From Nitrospirota bacterium (lineage in GTDB: Bacteria; Nitrospirota; UBA9217), in contig DATIZR010000093.1 of the NCBI GenBank assembly GCA_035516965.1, positions 43,255 to 107,254 of the forward strand: a DNA stretch of 64,000 nucleotides, given 5' to 3'. A model generated the notes under the pieces. The model was not told the DNA's origin. It ran no database searches and saw only the letters and a program-made list of their open reading frames with translations. Of this stretch, positions 28,582 through 38,752 are shown one piece after another; position 1 is the stretch's first letter, and each line of letters begins with the position of its first letter. The translations under genes were made by a program, and so were the position numbers.

Positions 28582-31500
28582 ATGTCACAGACCATTAAAA
28601 AATTGCTTTCCAAGGGCCTTTCACTGCACCGCAGCGGTGATTTTGTGCAGGCTGAGCGATCCTATCGCACCGTACTGTCTCAGGACCCTGGCCAGTCGGA
28701 TGCTCTCTACCTCCTCGGTATGATCGCACTGCAGCGTGCCGACAATGTCCGTGCTGTTGAGCTTATTTCGAAAGCACTTGAGCGGCATCGCACCACACCG
28801 GAATATCATGCGAACCTTGCCATAGCCCTTCACAGCCTCGGCAGGCATGAGGAGTCGGTTGTTCATTGCCGTGAAGCGCTTGCTTTTCGCCCGGACCAGT
28901 TTTCTGTCCTTAATACGCTGGGCAATGCTCTTATGGCACTAGAACAGCGTGAGGAGGCTCTTGAGTGCCTGCAGCGGGCAGTCAAGCTTAAACCCGACAG
29001 CCTAGAGATTAATTATAATCTCGCCAATGCGCTCAGAGTTATCGGACGATCTGAAGAGGCGGCAGAACGCTACGGTGTCGTGATAAATCTGAAGCCGGAC
29101 CACGTTGAGGCCATATATAACCTTGCAAATCTTCAGAGAAAGCTGTCTCAGCATGCCAATGCCCGGGACAGTTATCTTTCTGTTCTGGCCCTGAAACCGG
29201 ACCATGCAGATGCAATGTGCGGTCTGGCCGACATGCTCCACAAGTACGAGGAGTACGAAAAGGCGGAGACCTATTACCGATCTGCCCTATCCTTGAAGCC
29301 GGACACTGCCTTGGCATATAACGGACTCGGGAATACCTTGCGCCTGCTTGGGAAACTGGACGAAGCGCTGGACTGCTATCGCCGGGCACTGGAGGTCCAA
29401 CCCCAGGCGGTGGCATACTATTGCAATATCAGCAATGTGCTTTTTGACAGGGGACAGCTCGACGAGGCCGTTGAAAGTTGCGAGAGAGCGCTCACAATAC
29501 GGCCCGACTTTCCGGAGGCTCACTGGAATATGGGACCGGCCCTTGTGGCAAAAGGCGATCTTGACAGAGGGTGGCAGAAATATGAATATCGGTTGTCGAT
29601 AAAGGATGCTCAGACAACCTCATTCACCTATCCTGACTGGGACGGCTCCTCCCTTCAGGGAAAAACACTTCTTGTCTATACCGAGCAGGGCGTAGGCGAT
29701 GAGATAATGTTTGCCTCTTGCCTGCCGGATGTGATCAACGAAGCAGGGAGGTGTATTGTGGAATGCGATGCCCGCCTGGCACCACTTTTCAAGCGGGCAT
29801 TTCCCAGAATATATACGATCCAGCGAGGGAAAGGCGCTGACCACTACCCAAAGGAATTGCCGTTACCAAACTGTAAGGTGGCCATGGGAAGTCTTCCCCG
29901 TTTTTACCGGTCTTCGTTGAAGAGTTTCCCTCACCAACACCATTATCTGACAGCTGATCCTGCGGCAGTAGCACATTGGAAAGATCGGTTCAATTCCCTG
30001 GGTTCAGGGCTAAAGATCGGCATCTCGTGGCGAGGCGGGAAAATAGCCGTCGTACGCCGCACACGCTCGACCAGCCTCGATCAGTGGAAGGATTTATTGT
30101 TGATGAGGGATGCCTGTTTTATCAATCTGCAGTATGGCGACTGTAAAAATGAGATCCAGGACATTCACACAAAGTTGGGCGTAACGATCCATGACTGGGA
30201 TGATTCAGATCCGCTTACCAACCTTGATGATTTTGCGGCTAAAATATCTGCGCTCGATCTGGTCATTTCTGTGGACAACTCGACGGTGCACCTGGCCGGC
30301 GCTCTGGGTGTTCCTGTCTGGACACTCCTCACCTTTGGTTCTGATTGGAGATGGATGAGAGACGTTGAGGATACCCCCTGGTATCATTCCATGCGGCTCT
30401 TGCGACAGCCCGTTGCCGGAGACTGGGGCGCAGTTTTCAGCCGTGTTACTGCCGGTCTTACTCAAGCTCATGCGAATAGAAAGGTGGTAATGACCGTGGA
30501 ACGCTCCTTCAGAAACAGGAGCGGTTACCAGAATAGAAGCTGCGGCAGGGTTGGACTTTTGAACGACACAACGTACTGGTACCATTGGGGATGTACCGGA
30601 ACCAGCAGAGGGATACTCAGGGCGATCGCAGAACGGGGCTACGTGGTCAACAAAATACCGATAACGGGAATAGACCAGTGCACGCACACACCACAGAACA
30701 TACGCGACTTTGATGACCCCGAATTCTTTCGTGCTTTTTCCAAGGCGAACAGCTGGATGATGCGGGAACTCCGGGATGCGGACATTGTCGTGGTCAATGG
30801 AGAAGGGTCGCTGCATGGTATTAATTCATATACGCTAAAGCTTTTGTATCTCATCTATGCCTCAAAGATGCACCTCAAAAAACAGGTTCAGATAATAAAC
30901 CATTCGTGCTATCCCGACGATTCCCTTGAGGTCGTTGACCCGGCAGCCTGGAAGCTTTACAAAAAGGTATACAATGCAATTGATTTTGCGGCTATCCGAG
31001 AGCCGCTCAGCCATGAATTATTGACGCGTAACGGAGTTTCTGCGGAATTGAGCTTTGACTGCCTTCCTCTCTATATTAAGAAAACATATGACCGCTCTGG
31101 TGTTCAGTCGGACGGCTCGATCGTGATTGCCGGCTCGGTAATACTGAACGACTGCCTGCCATCCTTTGCCAAATTTCTCCGGATAATGCATGGCAAGGGG
31201 CATGTCATTAAAGTCCTGATCGGTGCAAATTTGCGTCCGGCACGGGATGATAAGCTTTTTGTTCAGGGGCTTACCGAGGCATGTCCGGATGCATGGTCCC
31301 GCGTTCGAGCTGAATCTCTTGATGCCTGGCTTGATACCATTGCACAGGCATCTGTCCTGGTCTCAGGACGCTTTCATCACACGATCGCGGCATCAATGCT
31401 GGGTACGCCCTGTATCCTGCTCGGGAGCAATACTCCGAAGAATGCGGCGCTTGCCCAGGTGGTCGGAATCGATCCGCCATTATCCTGGGCCGACCCTGCA

Positions 31501-31662
31501 CTTGCGGAAATACTGGTTACGAGAACCGAGGACGCGCTCAAACGGCCTGATCAGTTCAGGACCACCAATGATACCCGTGATCGCATGTGTCAACTCGCTG
31601 AACGGAACTTTATAGGGCTTGAGAAATTTAAGAGGGGATACGATATTCGTGAAGCCCGGTAG
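28582..31662 (+). CDS. multidomain fusion protein: TPR repeats - GT9-like (heptosyltransferase-fold) glycosyltransferase - polysaccharide pyruvyl transferase domain
   Basis: At least 8 TPR units. GT9 motifs [14 protein letters not shown] and [23 protein letters not shown]-terminal [10 protein letters not shown]...[20 protein letters not shown] matches PS_pyruv_trans (CsaB/WcaK) signatures. Confidence 0.65.
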   Translation: MSQTIKKLLSKGLSLHRSGDFVQAERSYRTVLSQDPGQSDALYLLGMIALQRADNVRAVELISKALERHRTTPEYHANLAIALHSLGRHEESVVHCREALAFRPDQFSVLNTLGNALMALEQREEALECLQRAVKLKPDSLEINYNLANALRVIGRSEEAAERYGVVINLKPDHVEAIYNLANLQRKLSQHANARDSYLSVLALKPDHADAMCGLADMLHKYEEYEKAETYYRSALSLKPDTALAYNGLGNTLRLLGKLDEALDCYRRALEVQPQAVAYYCNISNVLFDRGQLDEAVESCERALTIRPDFPEAHWNMGPALVAKGDLDRGWQKYEYRLSIKDAQTTSFTYPDWDGSSLQGKTLLVYTEQGVGDEIMFASCLPDVINEAGRCIVECDARLAPLFKRAFPRIYTIQRGKGADHYPKELPLPNCKVAMGSLPRFYRSSLKSFPHQHHYLTADPAAVAHWKDRFNSLGSGLKIGISWRGGKIAVVRRTRSTSLDQWKDLLLMRDACFINLQYGDCKNEIQDIHTKLGVTIHDWDDSDPLTNLDDFAAKISALDLVISVDNSTVHLAGALGVPVWTLLTFGSDWRWMRDVEDTPWYHSMRLLRQPVAGDWGAVFSRVTAGLTQAHANRKVVMTVERSFRNRSGYQNRSCGRVGLLNDTTYWYHWGCTGTSRGILRAIAERGYVVNKIPITGIDQCTHTPQNIRDFDDPEFFRAFSKANSWMMRELRDADIVVVNGEGSLHGINSYTLKLLYLIYASKMHLKKQVQIINHSCYPDDSLEVVDPAAWKLYKKVYNAIDFAAIREPLSHELLTRNGVSAELSFDCLPLYIKKTYDRSGVQSDGSIVIAGSVILNDCLPSFAKFLRIMHGKGHVIKVLIGANLRPARDDKLFVQGLTEACPDAWSRVRAESLDAWLDTIAQASVLVSGRFHHTIAASMLGTPCILLGSNTPKNAALAQVVGIDPPLSWADPALAEILVTRTEDALKRPDQFRTTNDTRDRMCQLAERNFIGLEKFKRGYDIREAR

Positions 31663-33445
31663 AAATGATCCTTGCCCCTGCGGCAGCGGAAAAAAATACA
31701 AGAAGTGCTGCGAAGGCTACGACCGTGTCAAGGATGCTGCAGAAATTCGGCAACAACCTTCCGTGTCAAGCCTCCTTCAGAGGGCAGTTGATTCTCATAA
31801 TGCAGGCAGACTCTCTGAAGCAGAGGCAATTTACCGTGGTATTCTCGAAAAGGTCCCCCGAAATGCTGATGCCCTGCATCTTCTGGGGATGATTGCCCAC
31901 CAAAAAGGAAACAACGCCGAAGCTGAACAGATGATAAGAGCCGCCATATCTTTGGACAGCTCCGTTGCGGCATTCCATGTTAACCTTGGAAAGGTCCTCA
32001 AGAAGACGGACCGGAAACATGAATCTCTTGACTGCTATCGGAAAGCGCTGTTGCTTCAACCAAACATGACTGAAGCCATCTATAATCTGGCCAATGAACT
32101 CTGCGCACGGGGGGAATATGATGAGGCGGTACAGCATTACAGGAATGTCATCAACATTCAGCCCGATCATTCCTATGCGTGCAATAATTTAAGCCTTGCT
32201 CTCAGGAGCATGGGGCAAACAGAGGAAGCCCTGCACTATGTAACACGGGCATTGAACAGAGACCCGGGGAATGTTGAGGCGTATAACAATCTGGGAGTTC
32301 TCCTGTCAAACAAGGGACAGCTTGAGGCATCCATTGACGCTCTCAACAAGGCTATTTCGATCAAGCCCGACTACAAGGACGCGCATTGGAATCTGGCCCT
32401 GCCCTTGCTGCAACTGGGTGACCTCGACACTGGCTGGAAAAAATATGAACTGAGGGACCTCAAGAGGGATGCTTCTGCCAGGAAGTCATTCCCCTATCCA
32501 CGGTGGGACGGATCTTCATTGAACGACAAAACCTTGTTCGTTTATGCCGAGCAGGGAGTTGGTGATGAGATCATGTTCGCTTCAGTGTTGATCGACGTCA
32601 TACCTCGGACTAAACGGTGCATTGTTGAATGCAATGACCGTCTTGTTCCCCTTTTTTCGCGCTCTTTTCCTGAAGCACGGGTGATCCCTATGGTCAAAGG
32701 GGCACTTCCGGAGCTTCTGCATACTATCGACGTGTCGGCACCAATCGGCAGCCTGCCGATGCATCTGCGTCAGGACCTGAGAGGTTTTCCTCGACGGAGA
32801 TCATATCTGGTTGCAGACCCTGATAAGATCTCTGACTGGCAGAACCGCTTTCGGGCCCTCGGGGACGGCCTGAAGGTCGGCATATCGTGGAGAGGTGGCA
32901 GTGAGGCCAGCGTGCGACACTTGCGTTCAACAAAGCTTGACCAATGGACAGAACTTTTTAGAGTACCTGGCGCTCACTTCATTAACCTTCAATATGGTGA
33001 CTGCAGGCTGGAGATCGAAGAAGCAAAAGAACTCCTGGGGACAACTATTTACGATTGGAAAGATGCTGATCCCCTTAAGGATCTCGATAATTTCGCTGCC
33101 CAGATCTCGGCCCTTGATCTGGTCATTACCGTGGATAACTCGACCTTGCATATGGCGGGAGCTCTGGGCGTTCCTACCTGGGCAGTGATCCCTAAAGGAA
33201 ACAACTGGCGATGGCTGCAGGACGTCGAGGATACGCCGTGGTATCCCAGTGTGCGCCTATTCAGCCAGACGAAACTTCATAACTGGACAGACGCATTTTT
33301 ACGCCTAAGGGACTTGCTTCACCGTGCAGCAAGCGGCGGTACAACCATTGAACAGTTGACCAAGTCTGTGGCTGCTTCTTATCAAGATCGTCGGCCAGCT
33401 TTAGAATCAAACGTTGAGAAGACGCATATCAAAATGACCGCCTGA
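31649..33445 (+). CDS. SEC-C motif - TPR repeats - GT9-like glycosyltransferase fusion protein
   Basis: N-terminal [18 protein letters not shown] (SEC-C zinc motif), TPR units, [38 protein letters not shown] at 31649 overlaps the upstream stop (ORF track start ATG 31619 is an alternative). Confidence 0.65.
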   Translation: MKPGRNDPCPCGSGKKYKKCCEGYDRVKDAAEIRQQPSVSSLLQRAVDSHNAGRLSEAEAIYRGILEKVPRNADALHLLGMIAHQKGNNAEAEQMIRAAISLDSSVAAFHVNLGKVLKKTDRKHESLDCYRKALLLQPNMTEAIYNLANELCARGEYDEAVQHYRNVINIQPDHSYACNNLSLALRSMGQTEEALHYVTRALNRDPGNVEAYNNLGVLLSNKGQLEASIDALNKAISIKPDYKDAHWNLALPLLQLGDLDTGWKKYELRDLKRDASARKSFPYPRWDGSSLNDKTLFVYAEQGVGDEIMFASVLIDVIPRTKRCIVECNDRLVPLFSRSFPEARVIPMVKGALPELLHTIDVSAPIGSLPMHLRQDLRGFPRRRSYLVADPDKISDWQNRFRALGDGLKVGISWRGGSEASVRHLRSTKLDQWTELFRVPGAHFINLQYGDCRLEIEEAKELLGTTIYDWKDADPLKDLDNFAAQISALDLVITVDNSTLHMAGALGVPTWAVIPKGNNWRWLQDVEDTPWYPSVRLFSQTKLHNWTDAFLRLRDLLHRAASGGTTIEQLTKSVAASYQDRRPALESNVEKTHIKMTA

Positions 33446-33475
33446 TGATGTTGGCCTCAAGAGAGGATAGCTGAT

Positions 33476-36346
33476 ATGAGAACAGGAAGAAACGACCCTT
33501 GCCCATGCGGCAGTGGTAAAAAATTCAAAAAATGCTGCGAACCGACGGAAACGTCACCATCCGCGGCAGTCCCAGGCCCGGCTCACTCTTTGGCAGGCAT
33601 GCTCCGGGAAGCCATTGACCATCACCAGACAGGTAGGCTGGGTGATGCAGAAAGGCTCTACCGGTCCATCCTTGAGAAAAGACCGAACGACGCCGACGCA
33701 CTTCATCTCCTCGGCGTGATCTGCCACCAGATCGGCAACCTTGCTGAAGCTGAGACCCTGATCAAAAGAGCGATCGCTGTTGACAACAAGGCCGCGTTAT
33801 TCCATGTGAACCTCGGGAATGTGCTCAAACAACGAGGCAAGCAGGATGAAGCCATGGCCTCGTTCCGCAAGGCTCTCTCGCTTCAGCCTGATCTCGCCGA
33901 AGCGCACTATAACCTGGCAAACGAGCTTTACGCAAACAATGATGTGGAAAAGGCGGTTACCCATTACACAAAGGCTTTGCGGACGAATCCTCAAATGGCA
34001 GAAGCACATTATAACCTCGGCATCGCATTGCAGACGCAGGACAGGATAGAGGAAGCGATATCAAGCTATTCGCGCGCCGTCGCGATCCGGCCCGATCATC
34101 ACAATGCTCACTATAATCTCGGCATTCTCTTCCAGGAGATGGAAAGGTATAAGGATGCCGCAATGCACTATGACCGTGCCTTGAAATACGATCCGGGCAA
34201 TGCGAACGCGCACTATTATCGGGGCAATGCGTATCTGGAGCTCGATCGGTATGACACAGCCGAGGCATCCTTCAGATCTGCAATAGCACTTCGGCCGGAT
34301 TTTGCTGATGCCCACAACGATCTCTCGGTTGCCTTACGAAAACAGGGACGTACGGAAGACGCCCTTGCTTCCGCGCGACGCTCCCTGGAGATCACCCCCG
34401 GCTTTGCGGCCTATAATAATCTGGGCATAACATACCGGGAGGATGGAAGAATTGCAGAAGCTATCGAAAATGCTAAAAGAGCGATCGCACTAAAACCGGA
34501 CTCTCCTGATGTTCAATGGAATCTCGCGCTTGCCCTCCTGCATCATGGTGAACTCGCACCGGGTTGGCAAAGGTACGAATGCCGTGCTTTGAAAACTGAC
34601 TCTAGCCTGAGGGTGTTCCCCTATCCGCGCTGGGCTGGAAGCCCCCTGAAGGACAAGACATTATTTATCTTTGCCGAGCAGGGCATAGGCGATCAGATCA
34701 TGTTCGCATCCCTTTTTCCCGATATCATGCGGCGTGAGCCGAAACACTGCATAGCAGATTGCGACCCGCGGCTGGTGCCGCTCTTTGCCAGATCATTTCC
34801 CGGAGTAGCGGTCATTCCCGCGGCTAGAGAGACCCTGGTGGATAGACTTCCTGCCATTGATCTGGCCATCCCCATGGGCAGCCTTCCGATGCATCTGCGC
34901 CCTGATCTTATAAGCTTTCCGCAGCAACGCTCATTTCTGGTTCCCGATGCCGAAAAGGTCGCACTCTGGAGCAGCCGTTTCAACAGGCTCGGAACGGGGT
35001 TGAAGATTGGAATATCCTGGAGGGGAGGCAAGGATGCCAGCGTCCGCAATCTGCGCTCGACAACGCTTGCGCAGTGGTCCCGTCTTTTCACGGTGCCGGG
35101 TTTACAGTTCGTGAACTTACAATACGGGGACTGCGCTCAAGAGCTTCTGACCGCTAAAAAGGACCTTGGCGTCACGATCCACGATTGGGACGACGCAGAC
35201 CCGCTCAAGGACCTCGACGGCTTCGCGGCACAGATTGCGGCCCTGGACCTTGTGATCTCCGTGGATAACGCCACCGTGCACATGGCCGGAGCGCTTGGTA
35301 TTCCGGCATGGGTATTATTGCCCAGGGGCTGCGACTGGAGATGGATGAAGGACTTTGAAGACAGCCCGTGGTATTCTTCGGTCAGGCTGTTCCGTCAACA
35401 GGCGCACGGAATGTGGGGAGAGGTCTTCGAGCCGGTCGCCGAATCACTGAGAACAATGACTCCCCGGGCGCTGGCCTCAGGGAACAATGACTGTTTTTTA
35501 CCACCGGTCAAGAGGTCCTATCTGTCCGCAACATCATCAGTCGAAACGATGCATTCGAAAACAGCGATCAGCAATCTCAACCTGCGACTTTCTGAGATCA
35601 TGCAGAACAGGATATCGGTAAAAACAGCGGTCGAAGTTAGAGAAATAGATTCACTGTCCGCGACTGAGCAGAGCCTCTTTGACAGGCCTATCTTTATCCT
35701 TGGAGTGCCGCGTTCGGGGACCTCAATGGTTGCAGGCTTATTGCATGAATGCGGTGCATGGGCAGGGAAAACCGTGCTGGGATCACCGGAAAATCCGAAG
35801 GGGTTCTACGAGCATATTGTTCTAAGAGAAACGATGAATAAAAAAATTCTTTCTTCTCTTAACTGCGACCCCTTAGGGGTCAAGGCCCTCCCGGAAATTG
35901 ATCAACTGCCGGATATCCCGGATCTGGGCAATATCGTAAAGCAGGTTATTCAAGCTGAGGGCTACACTGAAGACAGGCCGTGGCTATTTAAAGATCCCAA
36001 GTTGTCCCTTATATGGCCTATATTGAGAGCGGCTTTTCCCTCCGCGCGTTGGATAATCGTGAGAAGAAAGAATGAGGATATTATCAGGTCATGCTTGAAC
36101 ACTCATTTTATGGTCCGTCATTCGACTGATCCGTTGTTCTGGCGCTCCTGGATCGATGAGTACCTCGATAGACTGGATAGGTTGAAAGGATCCGGCGTAT
36201 GGTGGAGAGAAGTATGGCCGCATGAGCTTGCCTCAGGAGACTTCGGCGTCCTGCATCAACTGATCAACGAACTTGATCTGAACTGGAACGAACAAATCGT
36301 CGAGGAATTTATTCTGCCGGGCTCATGGCATGCTTCAACAACATGA
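33476..36346 (+). CDS. SEC-C motif - TPR repeats - GT9-like glycosyltransferase - C-terminal sulfotransferase fusion protein
   Basis: [21 protein letters not shown] units, FAEQGIGDQIMFAS, ISVDNATVHMAGALGIPAWVLL, then PIFILGVPRSGTSMVAGLL P-loop sulfotransferase domain. Confidence 0.65.
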   Translation: MRTGRNDPCPCGSGKKFKKCCEPTETSPSAAVPGPAHSLAGMLREAIDHHQTGRLGDAERLYRSILEKRPNDADALHLLGVICHQIGNLAEAETLIKRAIAVDNKAALFHVNLGNVLKQRGKQDEAMASFRKALSLQPDLAEAHYNLANELYANNDVEKAVTHYTKALRTNPQMAEAHYNLGIALQTQDRIEEAISSYSRAVAIRPDHHNAHYNLGILFQEMERYKDAAMHYDRALKYDPGNANAHYYRGNAYLELDRYDTAEASFRSAIALRPDFADAHNDLSVALRKQGRTEDALASARRSLEITPGFAAYNNLGITYREDGRIAEAIENAKRAIALKPDSPDVQWNLALALLHHGELAPGWQRYECRALKTDSSLRVFPYPRWAGSPLKDKTLFIFAEQGIGDQIMFASLFPDIMRREPKHCIADCDPRLVPLFARSFPGVAVIPAARETLVDRLPAIDLAIPMGSLPMHLRPDLISFPQQRSFLVPDAEKVALWSSRFNRLGTGLKIGISWRGGKDASVRNLRSTTLAQWSRLFTVPGLQFVNLQYGDCAQELLTAKKDLGVTIHDWDDADPLKDLDGFAAQIAALDLVISVDNATVHMAGALGIPAWVLLPRGCDWRWMKDFEDSPWYSSVRLFRQQAHGMWGEVFEPVAESLRTMTPRALASGNNDCFLPPVKRSYLSATSSVETMHSKTAISNLNLRLSEIMQNRISVKTAVEVREIDSLSATEQSLFDRPIFILGVPRSGTSMVAGLLHECGAWAGKTVLGSPENPKGFYEHIVLRETMNKKILSSLNCDPLGVKALPEIDQLPDIPDLGNIVKQVIQAEGYTEDRPWLFKDPKLSLIWPILRAAFPSARWIIVRRKNEDIIRSCLNTHFMVRHSTDPLFWRSWIDEYLDRLDRLKGSGVWWREVWPHELASGDFGVLHQLINELDLNWNEQIVEEFILPGSWHASTT

Positions 36347-36375
36347 AAGCCCCTGCAAGAGAGAGGGGCTTCTTC
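36347..36375. terminator. candidate bidirectional hairpin between convergent genes
   Basis: aagcccct / aggggctt 8-bp inverted repeat with 9-nt loop immediately after the stop at 36346, followed by ttcttc. Confidence 0.3.
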
Positions 36376-36398
36376 AAGGCAGCATGTGACAGGGTACT

Positions 36399-36782
36399 TC
36401 AGATAGCAGCGGGTGAGCCTCTGAGACCAGCCGCAATATTGATGTTGATGTTGATAATGGCCGCAAGCTTTTCCGGAACGGGCTGCGCCATGACCTCGAG
36501 AATGCGTTTGTCGATGAAGAGACTGAGCGACAGGATGTCCTCCCGGATCTTTCTGGGCATCGCGTTGTCCGAACCGGCAAGCTCGCTCTGGAATATGCTC
36601 CAGATTCGCTGGTTATACCGGAGCGCCTCGTCGAGACGTGCATCCCGGTCGGTTGCATCCCAGTTATTCTGCACATTCTGCAGCATGAGGGCGGCTTTCG
36701 TCAATACCGACGCCTCCAGCTCACGACCTGACTGAGTTGTCTTTTGGACCGTCCGGTATGCTTCCAGTTGATTTGCGAGCAT
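36399..36782 (-). CDS. flaF: flagellar biosynthesis regulator FlaF
   Basis: LEAYRTVQKTTQSGRELEASVLTKAALML...RYNQRIWSIF matches the FlaF family pattern known from Caulobacter-type flagellin regulation. Overlaps flbT by 62 nt. Confidence 0.6.
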   Translation of the reverse strand: MLANQLEAYRTVQKTTQSGRELEASVLTKAALMLQNVQNNWDATDRDARLDEALRYNQRIWSIFQSELAGSDNAMPRKIREDILSLSLFIDKRILEVMAQPVPEKLAAIINININIAAGLRGSPAAI

Positions 36783-37161
36783 TGTTCAAGACCTCCTGTT
36801 CATATTCTATCAGTTTCTGCGTCAGCTTCAGCGCCTGGTAGTAACGGCTGCTCAGGATGTTTGCGCTGATCTGGTCTATCATGCCCAGCGTGCTGGGCGC
36901 CGCGGTCACAACATCCCGCACGAGCTTCCAGTAGCTGTTGTGGTGCACAACAAGGTTTTTCTCGTCCACATACATGAGCTGGACGGTGAAGTAGATGCGC
37001 TTGCAGGGCGTGTCCGCGTCCTGTTCGCGGAGAATGTCCTTGTCCCTCAGTATCGGAACATTGTTCTCGACCATCAGGTCGCACCGGCTTCCGCCGTTCT
37101 GGACGACCGCTCCGCCGATGATCAGACGTTCATGGGGTTTTAAATTGATTTTCAGGGCCAT
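36721..37161 (-). CDS. flbT: flagellar biosynthesis repressor FlbT
   Basis: MALKINLKPHERLIIGGAVVQNGGSRCDLMVENNVPILRDKDIL...ADTPCKRIYFTVQLMYVD is closely similar to the FlbT family N-terminus (MALKxxLKPGERIxxGxxVIxNG...VPILRxKDIM...ADTPxKRIYxxVQLMYID). Confidence 0.75.
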   Translation of the reverse strand: MALKINLKPHERLIIGGAVVQNGGSRCDLMVENNVPILRDKDILREQDADTPCKRIYFTVQLMYVDEKNLVVHHNSYWKLVRDVVTAAPSTLGMIDQISANILSSRYYQALKLTQKLIEYEQEVLNNARKSTGSIPDGPKDNSVRS

Positions 37162-37198
37162 AGCCTTCCGAATCCGTCAAACCGAAAATATATCAGCT

Positions 37199-37681
37199 TT
37201 ATATTTTTACATTCACGATAGTTCCATGCTGCACGTGGTCCGCTGTCTGCGCTCGCTTCGGACTGATCGTTTCCTTATATTGCTTGAGGTCCGCGAGGGC
37301 GGCCGAAACTTCCCTGTCCGTGGACTTATCCGTCAGTTTGTTCGCCGTCAGTTTTTCTTTTAATTCAGGTGGGAGGGAAGACTTCCCTATCTCTTCCTGA
37401 ACTCCCTTGATCCCCTTGATCAGATCGAGTCTCTGAGGACTTCCCAGAGGGAAGAACGGTGGAAAACTGAACATGATCGTTTTCAGCTGATCTTTAATGT
37501 AGTTGGTATTCGTCAAACTGGTCATTACCTGCGGCTCACGGATACCGGAGCTGCCTGTTGCTGATGAATTGAAGGTCTCCGATGATCTGGTCTGTGTTGA
37601 AACAGGTGAATTGCCCTTTCTCGCAGACAGTTGAGAACCATCCGCCTGGCTTGCCAGCATGTTAATGCCATTGATATCCAT
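37199..37681 (-). CDS. hypothetical protein (flagellin-locus associated, possibly FlaG-like)
   Basis: 160-aa ORF with low-complexity polar N-terminus and a conserved-looking C-terminal half. Sits between flagellin and flbT on the same strand. No confident family assignment. Confidence 0.4.
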   Translation of the reverse strand: MDINGINMLASQADGSQLSARKGNSPVSTQTRSSETFNSSATGSSGIREPQVMTSLTNTNYIKDQLKTIMFSFPPFFPLGSPQRLDLIKGIKGVQEEIGKSSLPPELKEKLTANKLTDKSTDREVSAALADLKQYKETISPKRAQTADHVQHGTIVNVKI

Positions 37682-37699
37682 AATTGCGCCTCCGGAGTT

Positions 37700-37732
37700 T
37701 AGAAGAAGACGGGAGGCGAATCACCTCCCGTC
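37700..37732 (-). terminator. intrinsic terminator downstream of flagellin gene
   Basis: Perfect 9-bp GC-rich inverted repeat gacgggagg / cctcccgtc (37708-37716 / 37724-37732) with 7-nt loop. On the minus strand the stem is followed by TTCTTCT. Confidence 0.55.
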
Positions 37733-37751
37733 TCGGTCCCAGATCCGTAAA

Positions 37752-38582
37752 CTAGGCAAACAGCCTCAGTACTGATTGCGCTGCCTGCGAAGAGAGGCTC
37801 AGTGCCGTTGTGCCCAGAGACTGCCTGGTCTGCAGCATCAGCATGTTCGCACCTTCTTCGTTCATGTCAGCGAGCGTCAAGCTGTCAGAGCCCGCGGTGA
37901 GGGTATTCACCATTTGGGTCGTGAAGTCCTGGCGTGCCTGAATGATGCTGAGACCGGCCGAAAGTGCACCAGAGGTCGTTCTCAGCGTGGTCTTCGCCGT
38001 ATTGAGCGCGGTTATGGTAGTATTGATGTCCGAAACACTCGAAGAGCTGGTTATGCCCACCGTACCGGTGTCGATCCCGAGGTCAGCCGATTTTGATGCA
38101 ATGGATTTAACGGTGAGCGATGAGGTATTGTCCTCGTTAAAGTTCACGACGAGATCGCTCGAACCATTCAGCAGGTTTACGCCCTGATAATTGGCGTCGG
38201 TGACAACCGTATCCAGCTGGGCCATGAGGGTCGAATACTGCATCCCGATGACCGACAGTGCCGTAGTATCCGTCGTGGAAAGTGCTTGCTGGGCAAGACC
38301 TTTGGCAGCATCGATAAGCGTGCTGATCGTCGTGATACCGTTGTTTGCGACCTGGATCGCCTGGATACCCTGGCCCATGCCGTCCTTCAGAGCGGACAGG
38401 TCCGCTGCGCGGCCGTTCAGGGCCTGTGCTGCAAAGAATGAAACGGGGTTATCCAGCGCGCTGTTGACCTTCTTGCCCGAGGACAAACGTTCCTGTGTCC
38501 TGTTGAGAAGATCGACGGTGCTCTGAAGGCTGACGAGGTTGCTGCGCATTCCTGAGGTTAAGGTGATGTCATTGATAGCCAT
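37752..38582 (-). CDS. fliC: flagellin (short, 276 aa, Caulobacter-type)
   Basis: Flagellin N-domain (RLSSGKKVNSALDNPVSFFAAQ...IQVANNGITT) and C-domain (ANMLMLQTRQSLGTTALSLSSQAAQSVLRLF). AAGGAGA RBS. Perfect sigma28 promoter upstream. Confidence 0.8.
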   Translation of the reverse strand: MAINDITLTSGMRSNLVSLQSTVDLLNRTQERLSSGKKVNSALDNPVSFFAAQALNGRAADLSALKDGMGQGIQAIQVANNGITTISTLIDAAKGLAQQALSTTDTTALSVIGMQYSTLMAQLDTVVTDANYQGVNLLNGSSDLVVNFNEDNTSSLTVKSIASKSADLGIDTGTVGITSSSSVSDINTTITALNTAKTTLRTTSGALSAGLSIIQARQDFTTQMVNTLTAGSDSLTLADMNEEGANMLMLQTRQSLGTTALSLSSQAAQSVLRLFA

Positions 38583-38752
38583 GATAGTGTTTCTCCTTTT
38601 CTGGGATTATTTCCCCGGCAATTCTTGCCAGGGTGTTTAAAGCTGCCGCGTTCGTTGCGGCTAACGTGCTAAAGGCATCTGAGGGGCCTGTGTTCTTTCG
38701 TCTCCTTTCCGCCCGTATTTTCTTTTGCCTTCGCTTTCTGCATTCGTCCCTC

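Noticed and set aside
36325-36735. 136-aa plus-strand ORF downstream of the island
   Set aside because: Antisense to flaF. The FlaF frame has family-specific motifs.
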